64,000 nucleotides of DNA, taken from the sequence record NZ_CP019224.1. One strand, 5' to 3'. The position numbers and the translations under genes were made by a program. Position 1 is the first letter of the stretch, and the number at the start of each line of letters is the position of its first letter. This document shows positions 45,863-56,486 of the stretch, piece after piece. Below the pieces are notes generated by a model. The model was not told where the DNA came from. It saw nothing but the letters and a program-made list of their open reading frames with translations, and did no database searches. The DNA is from a plasmid.

Positions 45863-46837
45863 GTGAGTGTTGCGGCGTTTGTGGCTGGGGTTGATCGGTT
45901 GCTGAGCCGTGCGCATGAGTTGTTTCCGGCCGGGGGTGCGGGCGGGGCACTGCCGAGCTCGGGTGATGTTGCGGTGCCGGGCTCTCCGGAGGGTGGCAGT
46001 GGTTTGCGGGCCGGGGTGGTACGCGCGGCCGGTTCTTATCAGCAGGCTCGCAGTGGGGCGGCGGGCCTGGATGGGGAGCTGGCGCAAAGCGCCGAGGAAG
46101 GCGCGCAGATCGGGGCCCAGGGCCGGGAGGCGTCGGGGTTGATTCGCGATCAGGCCCGTACCAGCGCGGCCGCGCTGTTGCCGATGGCTCGCACGCCAGC
46201 GGGTGCGCACCTGCTGATGGCGACGATGGATCAACATTTGGCGGCGATGCAGGACCAGCTGCAGACCACCAAAACCCAGTACCAGGCCATCTCGGCGGGA
46301 TTGCGCCAAACCGCCGCCGGCTATCACACCTTGACTGACGGCGCGAAGGACTCACCGCCGGCGGCGCCGCTGGACTCATCGGATAAGTGGAAGCCAGGCG
46401 ACAAGCATCATGAGCCTTACGGGGCTGGCGTGGGCGGGATGGGTCCGCCGAACTATCCCCATTCGCCGCCGTGGGTGGACATTTACGACAGGACGAAAGA
46501 TCCGGATCAGGTTCCGCACTATTTCGTCAGATCTGACGAGATTCCCGGCTACCAGGTCCTTCCGCCGGGGCGCTATGGTCCCGCGACGGTTTACGACGAG
46601 CACGGCAACCCTGATCCTTATGTCCAGTTGGGCCCGAATTCTGGTGTGTGGGTGCCGCAGTCGGCTTTCCCGGGGGCGAAGGTCTATCCGCCGGGTGGGG
46701 GTGAGTTGCCGCCGTATGGGTGGAGTGAGTATGTGCCGGGCTCGGGGATTTTCTTGTGGCACGGGGATTTGATGCCGGAGCCGTATAAGCCGTATGGCCC
46801 GTCCGGGCCGCCGACGATTCCGCAGGGCGGCCGCTAA
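45863..46837 (+). CDS. modular ESX-adjacent protein, paralogue 1: conserved helical N-domain plus Tyr/Pro/Gly-rich C-domain of unknown function
   Basis: N-domain [25 protein letters not shown]...[42 protein letters not shown]... is shared with 46901 and 48090. C-terminal [33 protein letters not shown].... Confidence 0.6.
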   Translation: MSVAAFVAGVDRLLSRAHELFPAGGAGGALPSSGDVAVPGSPEGGSGLRAGVVRAAGSYQQARSGAAGLDGELAQSAEEGAQIGAQGREASGLIRDQARTSAAALLPMARTPAGAHLLMATMDQHLAAMQDQLQTTKTQYQAISAGLRQTAAGYHTLTDGAKDSPPAAPLDSSDKWKPGDKHHEPYGAGVGGMGPPNYPHSPPWVDIYDRTKDPDQVPHYFVRSDEIPGYQVLPPGRYGPATVYDEHGNPDPYVQLGPNSGVWVPQSAFPGAKVYPPGGGELPPYGWSEYVPGSGIFLWHGDLMPEPYKPYGPSGPPTIPQGGR

Positions 46838-46900
46838 ACCGGCCCGAACTGGCGGTGCGTGGCTGTGGCCGGGGGGATTTGCTCGGGTTAATTTTGGTGG

Positions 46901-48004
46901 GTGAGTGTTGCGGCGTTCGTGGCTGGGGTTGATCGGCTGCTGAGTCGCGGTCATGAGTTGTTCCCGGCCGGGGGGCCGGGTGGTGGGCAGGTGTTCGCCG
47001 CTGGGGGTCGGGTGCCGGTGCCGGAGGCCCCGGATGGCCACAGCGGTTTGACGGGTGGGGCTCGGGCCGCCGGTGGGGCGTATCAGCAGGCGCAGGCCGG
47101 TGCGGATGGTCTTGACGGGGACTCGGGGCAGGCGGTAGCCCAAGGTGGTGAGGTTGGTGCGCAGGGCCGCGCCGGGTCGGGGTTGATTCGGGATCAGGCC
47201 CGCGCGGTGGGTGCTGCGACCGCGGGGATGGGTCGTTCGCCGGCGGGCGCGAAGTTGATCATGGCGGCCATGGATGATCATTTGGCCGCGATGCAGCGTC
47301 AGTTGGATCAGACCACGGCCGAAAACCGGCTGTTGGCGATGCGGATGCGTCAGCTGGCGGCGGGCTATCGCGGTCTGGGTGCAGGTGGGATGGGCGGCGG
47401 TATGCCCCTGTCCGGGCTGGGCGGCTTGATGTCGGGCGGCGGCGGTGGCGGCGGCCTGAGCGGGTTAAGCGGCTTGGGGAGCGTGCCTGGAGGGTGGAGC
47501 CGTTTGGTGGGATCGGTCCGCGGGGGCCGGGGGCCGCGGAGCGAGGAAGCGGCGCCGCGCGGCGATGTGGGGACTGCGCTGGGCGGGTTGACGCAGGATT
47601 CGTCTCCGCGTGAAGTGGCTGCAGCGATCATCCATGAGGCTCGCCGGCGCGGCTACTCGCCGCACCAGACGATCGCGATCTTGTCTACGGCGATGCAAGA
47701 AAGCGGGTTGCGTCCTCGGGCTGTGAGTCCGAATGGGTTGTGGAGAAGCATTTTCCAGCAAGACTCGGGTTATCCGGGCCGCAATAATCCCAACACGGCG
47801 ATTTCGGGATTTTTCGATCGGCTGGCCCACCATGGCGGTCCGTCGTCACCGGACATTTGGAAGTCGATCTTCTGGTTACAGCAGCGCCCGGGCGATTCGT
47901 CGGCTGAGGCGGCAGTGGCGCACGGACGTAGGGGCTATTTGAACGAGATCCAGAGTCAGTTGCCCAGGGCGACGGCGTTGTATCGCAGCATCGCCGGAGT
48001 TTGA
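46901..48004 (+). CDS. modular ESX-adjacent protein, paralogue 2: N-domain plus SLT-like lytic transglycosylase C-domain
   Basis: C-terminal AILSTAMQESGLRPRAVSPNGLWRSIFQQDSGY matches the SLT family-1 signature (ES catalytic Glu ... AVSxxGAxGLMQ-like). Confidence 0.6.
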   Translation: MSVAAFVAGVDRLLSRGHELFPAGGPGGGQVFAAGGRVPVPEAPDGHSGLTGGARAAGGAYQQAQAGADGLDGDSGQAVAQGGEVGAQGRAGSGLIRDQARAVGAATAGMGRSPAGAKLIMAAMDDHLAAMQRQLDQTTAENRLLAMRMRQLAAGYRGLGAGGMGGGMPLSGLGGLMSGGGGGGGLSGLSGLGSVPGGWSRLVGSVRGGRGPRSEEAAPRGDVGTALGGLTQDSSPREVAAAIIHEARRRGYSPHQTIAILSTAMQESGLRPRAVSPNGLWRSIFQQDSGYPGRNNPNTAISGFFDRLAHHGGPSSPDIWKSIFWLQQRPGDSSAEAAVAHGRRGYLNEIQSQLPRATALYRSIAGV

Positions 48005-48089
48005 CCACCACCACCACAACGATGTACGAGGATGCTGCGAATTTTGCGTGGCTGTGGCCGGGGGGATTTGCTCGGGTTAATTTTGGTGG

Positions 48090-49130
48090 GTGAGTGTTGC
48101 GGCGTTCGTGGCTGGGGTTGATCGGCTGCTGAGTCGCGGTCATGAGTTGTTCCCGGCCGGGGGGCCGGGTGGTGGGCAGGTGTTCGCCGCTGGGGGTCGG
48201 GTGCCGGTGCCGGAGGCCCCGGATGGCGACAGCGGTTTGACGGGTGGGGCTCGGGCCGCCGGTGGGGCGTATCAGCAGGCGCAGGCCGGTGCGGATGGTC
48301 TTGACGGGGACTCGGGGCAGGCGGTGGCCCAAGGTGGTGAGGTTGGTGCGCAGGGCCGCGCCGGGTCGGGGTTGATTCGGGATCAGGCCCGCGCGGTGGG
48401 TGCTGCGACCGCGGGGATGGGTCGTTCGCCGGCGGGGGCGAAGTTGATTATGGCGGCCATGGATGATCATTTGGCCGCGATGCAGCGTCAGTTGGATCAG
48501 ACCACGGCCGAAAACCGGCTGTTGGCGATGCGGATGCGTCAGCTGGCGGCGGGCTATCGCGGTCTGGGTGCAGGTGGGATGGGCGGCGGTATGCCCCTGT
48601 CCGGGCTGGGCGGCTTGATGTCGGGCGGCGGCGGTGGCGGCGGCCTGAGCGGGTTGAGCGGCTTGGCGTCGGGGATACCGGCGTCACTGATGGGCAGCCT
48701 GAGTCGCGGCGGCGGTGAGAACGGGGGGCCGGGTGAGCAGTCGGGCGCTTCGCTTCTGGGCGGCGGTGGCAGTGGGACGGCGCTGCGGGCGGTGCAGTTC
48801 GCCGAGACCAAGTTGGGTGATCCGTACGTGTGGGGCGCGACAGGGCCGCGCCAATACGACTGCTCCGGGTTGGTGATGGACGCCTACCGGCACGCGGGGG
48901 TTCAGTTGCCGCGCATGACCTACGACATGATTCACAAAGGTATGACGGTGGATCGCGCTGAGGTGCGGGCCGGTGATCTGGTGTTTTCCAATTTCTCGAG
49001 CAGAGGGCCGGAGCATGTGCAGATGGCGGTGTCCTCGACGAAGGTCATTGAGGCGCCCACCCCGGGGGGCCACGTCCAGTATTCGGGCTTCCCGCGTGGG
49101 CATGTTGTCGTGAAAAGAATTGTCGGATAA
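48090..49130 (+). CDS. modular ESX-adjacent protein, paralogue 3: N-domain plus NlpC/P60 peptidase C-domain
   Basis: C-terminal YVWGATGPRQYDCSGLVMDAYRHAGVQLPR...GDLVFSNFSSRGPEHVQMAV with the NlpC/P60 Cys-His catalytic motifs. Confidence 0.7.
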   Translation: MSVAAFVAGVDRLLSRGHELFPAGGPGGGQVFAAGGRVPVPEAPDGDSGLTGGARAAGGAYQQAQAGADGLDGDSGQAVAQGGEVGAQGRAGSGLIRDQARAVGAATAGMGRSPAGAKLIMAAMDDHLAAMQRQLDQTTAENRLLAMRMRQLAAGYRGLGAGGMGGGMPLSGLGGLMSGGGGGGGLSGLSGLASGIPASLMGSLSRGGGENGGPGEQSGASLLGGGGSGTALRAVQFAETKLGDPYVWGATGPRQYDCSGLVMDAYRHAGVQLPRMTYDMIHKGMTVDRAEVRAGDLVFSNFSSRGPEHVQMAVSSTKVIEAPTPGGHVQYSGFPRGHVVVKRIVG

Positions 49131-49147
49131 CGATTTAACGGTGGGTA

Positions 49148-50689
49148 TTGACGGTGGTTGAGCCGGGAGTGGATAAGGACGACGAGTCGCGCTGGCGCGG
49201 GCGCGGTCTGGGGCTTTCGACGCGGGTACAGGTGTCGGGGCACATGTTTTTCGCCCGTCGCGCGGTGGCGGCGATGACTCGGCGGCGGGTGCGGATGGAG
49301 GCCGAGCCGGGCCGGCGCCAGTCGATGGCGATGTTGGCGGGTGTGACGCTGACCGCTGTGCTGTGTCTGGGGGCGTTGTTCTGGTCGTTTGTGCGCCCGG
49401 CCGGTTCGGCGGGGCAGGCGCGGATTGTGGCCGATCAGGATTCGGGGGCGCTGTATGTGCGGGTGGGCGAGAAGCTGTATCCGGCGTTGAATTTGTCCTC
49501 GGCGCGGTTGATCGCCGGGGAGGCGGCCAGCCCGGTTCGGGTGCGCCGCAGCGAGATTGACGCAGCGCCGCGCGGGCCGCTGGTCGGTATTGCCGGCGCC
49601 CCGCAGGATATGGTGGCGACGTCGCCGGGTCGCTCGTCGTGGTTGGTGTGTGATGAGATCACCAAGGCGTTCGGGGCGGCTGCGCCTGAGCCGGTGACGG
49701 TGACCGTCATCGACGGCCAGCCCGAGCTGGGTCCACGCCGCCACGTGCTGGGCCCTGATGATGCGATGGTGCGCCGCTATGGGGATGCGGTGTGGTTGAT
49801 CCGCGATGGGCGGCGCTCGTTGATCAATCAGGGTGCTCGGGCGGTGCTGTTGGCGTTGGGGCTGGGCGAGGATGCGGTGTTGGGGTCGCGCCCGATGAGC
49901 CGGGCCTTATTCGATGCGATCCCGGTGGGCCCGGAGTTGTCGGTGCCGGTGATCCCGAATGCGGGCTCGCCGGCACGGTTCGCGGGGGCGCCGGGCCCGG
50001 TGGGGACGGTGGTATCGACTCCGCAGGTGGGTGGGCAGACCGCGTATTCGGTGGTGCTCACCGATGGCGTGCAGCCGGTGTCGCCGGTGGTGGCTCAGGT
50101 GCTGCAAAATGCCGGGCCGGCCGGTGCGGTGATCCCGGTGGTGGCTGGCCCGGTGTTGGCGAAGTTGCCGGTGGTGCAAACCCTGGACTTGTCGGCGTTC
50201 CCGGCTACCCCGCCGCGGGTGATCGATAGCCAGGTCAACGCCGCGGCGTGCTGGCACTGGGAGAAGGTGAGCGGTGAGGCGCTGGCTAGCACGTCGGTCA
50301 TCGCCGGCCCGAGCATCCCGGTGGCCGAGGGCCAAGTGGACAAAGTGGTGGACTTGGTGAAAGCCCCGGGGCCACAGATGCAGGCCGACCGCGTGTATCT
50401 GGGCCCTGAGTACGCCAATTACGTGGTGTCCACCGGTAATTCGCCGTCAGCGGCCACGGTGGAGTCGTTGTGGTGGATATCCGAATCAGGGGTGCGGTTC
50501 GGGGTGCCGCGCCAGGAGGACACGATGAACGCTTTGGGTTTGAAGAAGCATTCCCCGAGCCCGGCGCCGTGGCTGGCGCTGCGGCTGCTGGCCGCCGGGC
50601 CGGCATTGTCGCGCTCTGATGCGCTGGTGCGTCACAACACGCTGCCTGTCGATGCCAACCCGGCCGAACTGGAGGTCCCGAAGTCATGA
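49148..50689 (+). CDS. eccB: ESX conserved component EccB
   Basis: GLSTRVQVSGHMFFARRAVAAMTRRRVRME and a TM segment. Immediately upstream of eccC, with stop overlapping the eccC ATG. Confidence 0.85.
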   Translation: MTVVEPGVDKDDESRWRGRGLGLSTRVQVSGHMFFARRAVAAMTRRRVRMEAEPGRRQSMAMLAGVTLTAVLCLGALFWSFVRPAGSAGQARIVADQDSGALYVRVGEKLYPALNLSSARLIAGEAASPVRVRRSEIDAAPRGPLVGIAGAPQDMVATSPGRSSWLVCDEITKAFGAAAPEPVTVTVIDGQPELGPRRHVLGPDDAMVRRYGDAVWLIRDGRRSLINQGARAVLLALGLGEDAVLGSRPMSRALFDAIPVGPELSVPVIPNAGSPARFAGAPGPVGTVVSTPQVGGQTAYSVVLTDGVQPVSPVVAQVLQNAGPAGAVIPVVAGPVLAKLPVVQTLDLSAFPATPPRVIDSQVNAAACWHWEKVSGEALASTSVIAGPSIPVAEGQVDKVVDLVKAPGPQMQADRVYLGPEYANYVVSTGNSPSAATVESLWWISESGVRFGVPRQEDTMNALGLKKHSPSPAPWLALRLLAAGPALSRSDALVRHNTLPVDANPAELEVPKS

Positions 50690-53600
50690 AGATTGGGTTC
50701 GCGCGCAAGCAAACTGCGCAGGCGCCGCCGTTTAAGCCTGAAACCCTTGACCTGCCGACTCCACTGAAAGTGCCGCCGCCACAAAGCAAACCGCTGTGGT
50801 CGGTGGCGTTGATCATCGGCCTGCTTGCGCTGTTCGGCGGAATGATGTGGATCAGCTTCGCCAGTGGTGCGCGCTCGTTTACCGGCGCGGGGTCATTTTT
50901 CCCGCTCCTGATGGTGGGCGGGCTGGTTGCGATGCTGTTCGGTGGCCGCGGCGGGTCGCAGGAGATGTCGCGCTCGAAGCTCGACGCGCTGCGGGCCCGG
51001 TTTTGCATGGTCATGGACGAGCTGCGAGGAACCACCTCAGAGTTGGCGGACCGGCTCGATCAGAATCACCGCTGGTATCACCCCGCACCGGGCACCCTGG
51101 AAGCGGCCGTGGGCAGTATGCGGATGTGGGAGCGCAAGCCCAACGGGTCTGATACATGGTTCGGGGTGGCCCGGGTCGGGGTGGGCATGACGGATCTGAT
51201 GGAATCCAATGCCGCCGTGTTCAACGAGCCGCAGGACGCGCCGACCGATATCGAGCTCGAACCGGTGACCGGCAAGGTCCTCCAAGAGTTCATGCAATAC
51301 CAGACGGTGGCCTACGGCACGCCGAAACTGGTGTCGCTGATGGTGGAGCCCGGCTATGAGCTACGCGGCCCGCGTGAGCGGGTGCTGGGCCTGATGCGCG
51401 CGATCCTGTGCGAATTGGTGTTTTTCCACGGCCCCGATCATCTGCGGCTGGTGGTGGTGACTTCTGATGCGGCCGAGTGGGATTGGGTGAAGTGGCTACC
51501 ACACGCCGGTGATCCGAAGCTCATTGACGGTGCGGGCCCGGTGCGCATGGTCTATGGGTCGGTCGCTGAGTTCCTTGACGCGCAAACTGAGGCAATGTCG
51601 CTGTCCACCCGCGGGGACTTCCGCTCGCGCCTGGGCGCGTCGAAGGACCCTATTGAGCCGTTGCCGCACACGGTGGTCGTGTGCGACACCGAAGCGGGAT
51701 GGGAGCGTCTCGGAAGCTCCGAAGGCGTCGCTGGGTTGACATTTTTCGACGTGCGCGGCCTAGGCCGCGTTCCGGCGTGCCGCGACGCGCGCCGGCGAGT
51801 GTTGTACATCGGTGAGAACGCTGTCATCTCGGCGGTGCCGCGCGACCCGATGACATGGGATCCGCAGGGGAACGATCCCCAGTTTTTCGCCTACGCCGAT
51901 CAGATGAGCCGCGATGAGGCCGAGACGTTCGCCGAGCGCATGGCGCGCTTCCGGCTCGCCGAGGCCTATGAGGCGATCGAAGTTGATTCCGGCAAGCAGG
52001 TGATGGCCCGAGACATCCTGTCGTACTACGGGATTGAGGACGCCGCCAATATTGATTTCGACAAGTTGTGGGGCCCGCGTAGTGACATCAACTCCCTGCA
52101 GCGGTTGAAGGTGCCACTGGGTAACCGGATGGACAACAATGAGCTGTTTTTCGTCGACATCAAGGAGGACTCGGAAGGGGGCCAGGGCCCGCACGGGGTG
52201 ATGGCCGGCACGACTGGCTCGGGCAAGACGACGATGCTGCGCGCCTTCATTGAGTCTCTGATGTTGGGGCACCCGCCGCAAAACCTGCAGTTCATGTTGG
52301 CCGACCTCAAGGGTGGCTCGGGTGTTCGGCCCTTTGCCGGGGTGCCTCACGTTTCGCAGATCATCACCGACCTCGAAGAGGACCAGGGTTTGATGACCCG
52401 TTTCATCGACGCGCTGGATGGCGAGATCGCGCGGCGCAAAGCCTTATGCGATGTGCCTGGCGCTGATGATGTGGGGGTATACAACAAGATCCGTGCCGAT
52501 CAGCTCGCAGCGGGGGCTGCTGAGGTGTTGCCGCCGCTGCCGGTACTGGTGGTGGTCATTGACGAGTTCGCCGAACTGTTTAAGTTGATGGGTCAAGAGA
52601 TTCAGGACTCGTTGTATCAGATCGCCCGCCAAGGCCGCGCGTATTGGATTCATCTGCTGATGGCCAGCCAGCAGATCGAAACTCGCGCTGAGAAGCTGCT
52701 AGAAAACGTGGGGTACCGGATGGCCCTGCAGACCAATACGACACAGTCAGCCACGGCGATCGGTGTGCCGAATGCGGTGAACCTCAAGGGTTCTGGGCAG
52801 TGCTATTTCTTGCAGGGCAGCCCCGCGAACGGCACGCTGACGAAATTTCAGGGCGAGTTCTTGTGGCGTGAGTACCGCAAGCCTGGCACGGAGGACCTCG
52901 ACGACGCGCCGCAAGTGAGCGCGGCGTCAGTGAGTTATTTTGCGCCGCAACTGTTCTCCACGGACTTCACACCGTTGCCGCCGCCTGATGAGCTCGACGA
53001 GTCGCCAGCTGTGGATGGGGAAGTGGCTGATGTCGACGAGGTGACCGACGCGGGCGATAGCGAGGACGCCGAGGAGCGCAATGCGTTGATGCGCCCACAG
53101 GTGGGGCGCATCATCATCGACCAGCTGCGCCGGATTGACTTTGAGCCTTACCGGTTGTGGAAGCCGCCGCTGGATGCGCCGTGGAGCATCGAGAAACTGG
53201 TGAACACCTATCTGGGGCGGCCCTGGGACAGCGACTATGCGCGCACCCCGAACCTGGTGTTCCCTGTGGGGCTGGTGGACCGGCCATTCAAGCATGACCA
53301 GCATCCGCTGACCATTGACGTGTCGGGCCCGGGCGGCAATGTGGTGATCGTGGGTGCTCAGGGCTCGGGCAAAACGACTGCGCTGCAAGACCTGATCTGC
53401 GCGGCGGCCATGACGCACACCCCTGAGCAGGTGCAGTTTTACTGCCTGGCGTTTTCGTCGGCGGCCCTCAGTAGTGTGTCGGGGCTACCGCATGTGGGTG
53501 GTGTGTCGATGTCGCTTGATAGTGACGGTGTGCGCCGCACCGTGGCGGAGATCGCGGCGTTGCTCGCCTCGCGCAAGCGCAGCTTCGAGGCGACCGGCGT

Positions 53601-54912
53601 GATGTCGATGGAGGTGTTTCGCCGCCGCAAGGCTGGGCGTGAGCCCGGGGCTGTGCCTGAGGACGGTTACGGCGATGTGTTCTTGGTGATCGACAACTAT
53701 GCGGCGATGGTTAGCGAATATGAGGCGCTCGTCGAAGACAAGGTGAACAGGATCATCAAAGAGGGGCCCACGTTCGGGATTCACGTGGTCGCCGCGGTGA
53801 CCAAGAACACCGATCTGCAGGTGACGGTGCGGGGTAACTTCGGGTCTCGGGTGGAGCTTCGTCTGGCCGACTTCAACGAAGCGACGCTGGTGGCTAAGGC
53901 GAGACTGGCCACGGCTGTGCCGGCGCGGCCAGGGCGCGGCATGATTGGGCAAAATTACGAACGCACCGGCGTAGACCCCGTGGGGTTGCACACGTTGATG
54001 GCGCGCCCGGCGCTGGAGTCCACCGCCGCGGAGGTGTTCGATTCACGCAGTGTCGCCGAGGCTGTCAGCCGCCAGGCCGGTAGGTTCAATCCTGCACGTA
54101 AGGTGCGCAGGCTGCCAGGGCGGGTTTCGCCGGCCGAGCTGGCGGCGACAGCCGCCACCGATGATCGCACCCCCACGTCGATCGTGTGGGCGCTCGACGA
54201 GACCGAACGGCCGGTGTTTTTGGCCAGTCAGCATCTGATCATCGCCGGGCAACCCAAGTGTGGGCGCACGACGGCGTGTGCAACATTGATGCGCGAGATT
54301 CGCAGGGTTTACGCCCCGGGCGCTGACGGCGCTACGGGGCCGGGGCTGGAAGAAACGGCCGACCGCCCCGCGGCCCAGGTGTGGCTCATTGATCCGCGCC
54401 GCCAGCTACTCAACGTGCTGGATAAGTCCTACGTGCAGCGTTTCGCCTCGACGCCGGACTCGGTCAAAGCGCGCATGGGCGAGCTGGCCGCGGTCCTTGC
54501 GCCGCGGCTGCCCAGCGACGATTTATCGGTCGATGACATCGGCCGGCGCCACTGGCAGGGTCCGGAAATCTTTTTGATCATCGACGATTCTGAGCGGTTG
54601 CCGGTCGGCTTCGACTCACCTCTGGGGGTGATCGAACGGTTCGTGCAGGCCGGCGACGACGTCGGGTTGCACATCATCTACACCCGCCAGTTCGCGGCGT
54701 TCATGGCGGGCCTGGGGGCCGACCCCGTGTTCAGGATGCTCAAGCAGGCCAGGGAGCCGGAGCTGATCATGGATTCCGACCCCGATCAAGGATTCGTGAA
54801 GGGCAAATGGAAAGGCCATTGGATGCCCAAGGGCCGCGGATTCTTGCTGAATACCGCCGAATCGGGCGAATCGGGAATTTATGTCCAAGTCGCTGACGCC
54901 GGCCTCGGATAG
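50686..54912 (+). CDS. eccC: ESX conserved component EccC: FtsK/SpoIIIE-type ATPase, single fused polypeptide with three ATPase domains (1408 aa)
   Basis: Two N-terminal TM helices. Walker A motifs GTTGSGKTT, GAQGSGKTT, and GQPKCGRTT. Confidence 0.9.
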   Translation: MKIGFARKQTAQAPPFKPETLDLPTPLKVPPPQSKPLWSVALIIGLLALFGGMMWISFASGARSFTGAGSFFPLLMVGGLVAMLFGGRGGSQEMSRSKLDALRARFCMVMDELRGTTSELADRLDQNHRWYHPAPGTLEAAVGSMRMWERKPNGSDTWFGVARVGVGMTDLMESNAAVFNEPQDAPTDIELEPVTGKVLQEFMQYQTVAYGTPKLVSLMVEPGYELRGPRERVLGLMRAILCELVFFHGPDHLRLVVVTSDAAEWDWVKWLPHAGDPKLIDGAGPVRMVYGSVAEFLDAQTEAMSLSTRGDFRSRLGASKDPIEPLPHTVVVCDTEAGWERLGSSEGVAGLTFFDVRGLGRVPACRDARRRVLYIGENAVISAVPRDPMTWDPQGNDPQFFAYADQMSRDEAETFAERMARFRLAEAYEAIEVDSGKQVMARDILSYYGIEDAANIDFDKLWGPRSDINSLQRLKVPLGNRMDNNELFFVDIKEDSEGGQGPHGVMAGTTGSGKTTMLRAFIESLMLGHPPQNLQFMLADLKGGSGVRPFAGVPHVSQIITDLEEDQGLMTRFIDALDGEIARRKALCDVPGADDVGVYNKIRADQLAAGAAEVLPPLPVLVVVIDEFAELFKLMGQEIQDSLYQIARQGRAYWIHLLMASQQIETRAEKLLENVGYRMALQTNTTQSATAIGVPNAVNLKGSGQCYFLQGSPANGTLTKFQGEFLWREYRKPGTEDLDDAPQVSAASVSYFAPQLFSTDFTPLPPPDELDESPAVDGEVADVDEVTDAGDSEDAEERNALMRPQVGRIIIDQLRRIDFEPYRLWKPPLDAPWSIEKLVNTYLGRPWDSDYARTPNLVFPVGLVDRPFKHDQHPLTIDVSGPGGNVVIVGAQGSGKTTALQDLICAAAMTHTPEQVQFYCLAFSSAALSSVSGLPHVGGVSMSLDSDGVRRTVAEIAALLASRKRSFEATGVMSMEVFRRRKAGREPGAVPEDGYGDVFLVIDNYAAMVSEYEALVEDKVNRIIKEGPTFGIHVVAAVTKNTDLQVTVRGNFGSRVELRLADFNEATLVAKARLATAVPARPGRGMIGQNYERTGVDPVGLHTLMARPALESTAAEVFDSRSVAEAVSRQAGRFNPARKVRRLPGRVSPAELAATAATDDRTPTSIVWALDETERPVFLASQHLIIAGQPKCGRTTACATLMREIRRVYAPGADGATGPGLEETADRPAAQVWLIDPRRQLLNVLDKSYVQRFASTPDSVKARMGELAAVLAPRLPSDDLSVDDIGRRHWQGPEIFLIIDDSERLPVGFDSPLGVIERFVQAGDDVGLHIIYTRQFAAFMAGLGADPVFRMLKQAREPELIMDSDPDQGFVKGKWKGHWMPKGRGFLLNTAESGESGIYVQVADAGLG

Positions 54913-55005
54913 ATCTGCGATGGGCCGCGCGTAAGCCCGCGGGCGTCGATACACTTTTGTCATCAGACCGGTCAATGTCCGGTCGGCTCTTTACGGGAGG
55001 GTTCC

Positions 55006-55302
55006 ATGTTTGTCGAGGCATTACCTGCGGGCATTGATGCATCCGCGTCCGGGTTGGCCGGGATCGGGGCGGCGGTAGCGGCGGGCAACGCCGCAGGAGC
55101 CGCACCCACACTGGGCGTGGTGCCGCCGGCGCCAGAGCCGGCGTCGGTTCTGTTGGCCGCGGCGTTCGGCACCCATGCCGGCGTGTATCAGGCCACCCAA
55201 GCCATCGGGGAGGTCGTCCACCAGATGTTCGTCTCGACCATGGGCATCAGCTCGGCCGACTACGCCGCCACCGAGGTCCTCAACACCGCTGCGATGGTCT
55301 AG
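55006..55302 (+). CDS. PE-family protein (98 aa)
   Basis: MFVEALPAGIDASASGLAGIG... with C-terminal YxxxE (ADYAATEV). Confidence 0.8.
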   Translation: MFVEALPAGIDASASGLAGIGAAVAAGNAAGAAPTLGVVPPAPEPASVLLAAAFGTHAGVYQATQAIGEVVHQMFVSTMGISSADYAATEVLNTAAMV

Positions 55303-55331
55303 GTCTAGCCCGCGGGTTAGCGCCCACAGCC

Positions 55332-56486
55332 ATGGATTACGAGCTGCCACCTGAGATCAACTCGGGCCGCATGTATGCCGGCCTGGGTTCAGCGTCTCTG
55401 ATGGAATCAGCCGCCGCATGGCAGGCACTGGCCGCGCAGCTCGGGTCCGCAGGAGCGGCGTTTGGGGCGGTGATCGAAGCGCTGACCAGCACGGCGTGGG
55501 CGGGGCCCTCGTCGATGTCGATGGCGCTGTCGGCAGCCCCGTACGTGGTGTGGATGATCGAGACGGCCGCGCAATGCCAGGAAGCCGCCGCGGCCGCGGC
55601 GGCGGCCGCGGCGGCGTTCGAGGCTGCCCGGGCCGGGGTGGTGCCCCCACCGGTGATCGCCGAGAACCGGGCGCAGCTGGCGGCCCTGGTGTCGACGAAC
55701 TTCATGGGGTTCAACACTCCGGCGATCATGGCCAACGAGGCTCACTACGGTCAGATGTGGTCCCAAGACACCGCGACGATGTACGACTTCGCCGGGAATG
55801 CCTCGGGGATCACCGGCGCGCTGGTCCCGTTCGTGCCGCCAGCGCCCAACTCGGACCCGATCGGGTTGGCCGCGCAAGCGGCCGCGTTGGGCCAGTCGGG
55901 CGGCACCGCCGCCGGGCAGCAGCCGTTCAATTTCGCCAGCAGCGCGGGAAGCATGCCGGCGGGTTTGGACGGCGAATCCATGTTGTCGATGGGCCCGCAG
56001 CTGGTGAGCACGATTCCCCAAGCGCTGCAAGGGCTCTCGTCACCGCTGAGCCAGGGGTTGGGGGGCAGCGGTCTGGGCCAATTCAATTCGCTGCTGAGCC
56101 CGTTTATGAGTTTTATGAATCCGGGCATGTTCGGTGGGGGCACTGCGTCGACCTTGACCAGTGCGACCGGGCCCGGACTTGCGGGGATGGGCGGGGCAGC
56201 CTCGGAGGTGGAGGCCGTGGCGGGCCGCGCGGGATCGCTGGGCGGGTTGTCGGTGCCGGCAACCTGGACGGCCGGCGCCAGCGGGGAGTCGGCTAGTACG
56301 GCGCGGGCGGTCGCACCGGTGGCCGCCTCGGGCGGGGGCACGTCGATGGGGGCTGCACCGGCCACCACCGGGGGCTCCGGCATGTATGGGGGCACGCCGA
56401 TGGCCGCGGGTATGCACGGGCGCGGCACGGACAGCGACGGCTCACCTCGCTATGGAAAACCCGTCAAAGTGCTACGCCGACGTTAG
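55332..56486 (+). CDS. PPE-family protein (384 aa)
   Basis: MDYELPPEINSGRMYAGLGSASLMESAAAWQALAAQLGSA and a Gly/Ala/Ser-rich C-terminus. Confidence 0.85.
   Translation: MDYELPPEINSGRMYAGLGSASLMESAAAWQALAAQLGSAGAAFGAVIEALTSTAWAGPSSMSMALSAAPYVVWMIETAAQCQEAAAAAAAAAAAFEAARAGVVPPPVIAENRAQLAALVSTNFMGFNTPAIMANEAHYGQMWSQDTATMYDFAGNASGITGALVPFVPPAPNSDPIGLAAQAAALGQSGGTAAGQQPFNFASSAGSMPAGLDGESMLSMGPQLVSTIPQALQGLSSPLSQGLGGSGLGQFNSLLSPFMSFMNPGMFGGGTASTLTSATGPGLAGMGGAASEVEAVAGRAGSLGGLSVPATWTAGASGESASTARAVAPVAASGGGTSMGAAPATTGGSGMYGGTPMAAGMHGRGTDSDGSPRYGKPVKVLRRR

Noticed and set aside
55337-56428. Antisense and overlapping ORFs across PE/PPE (55407-56030 minus strand, 55418-56296 plus strand, 55751-56428 minus strand)
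   Set aside because: The PPE frame has the canonical N-terminal PPE domain. The others are compositional artefacts.
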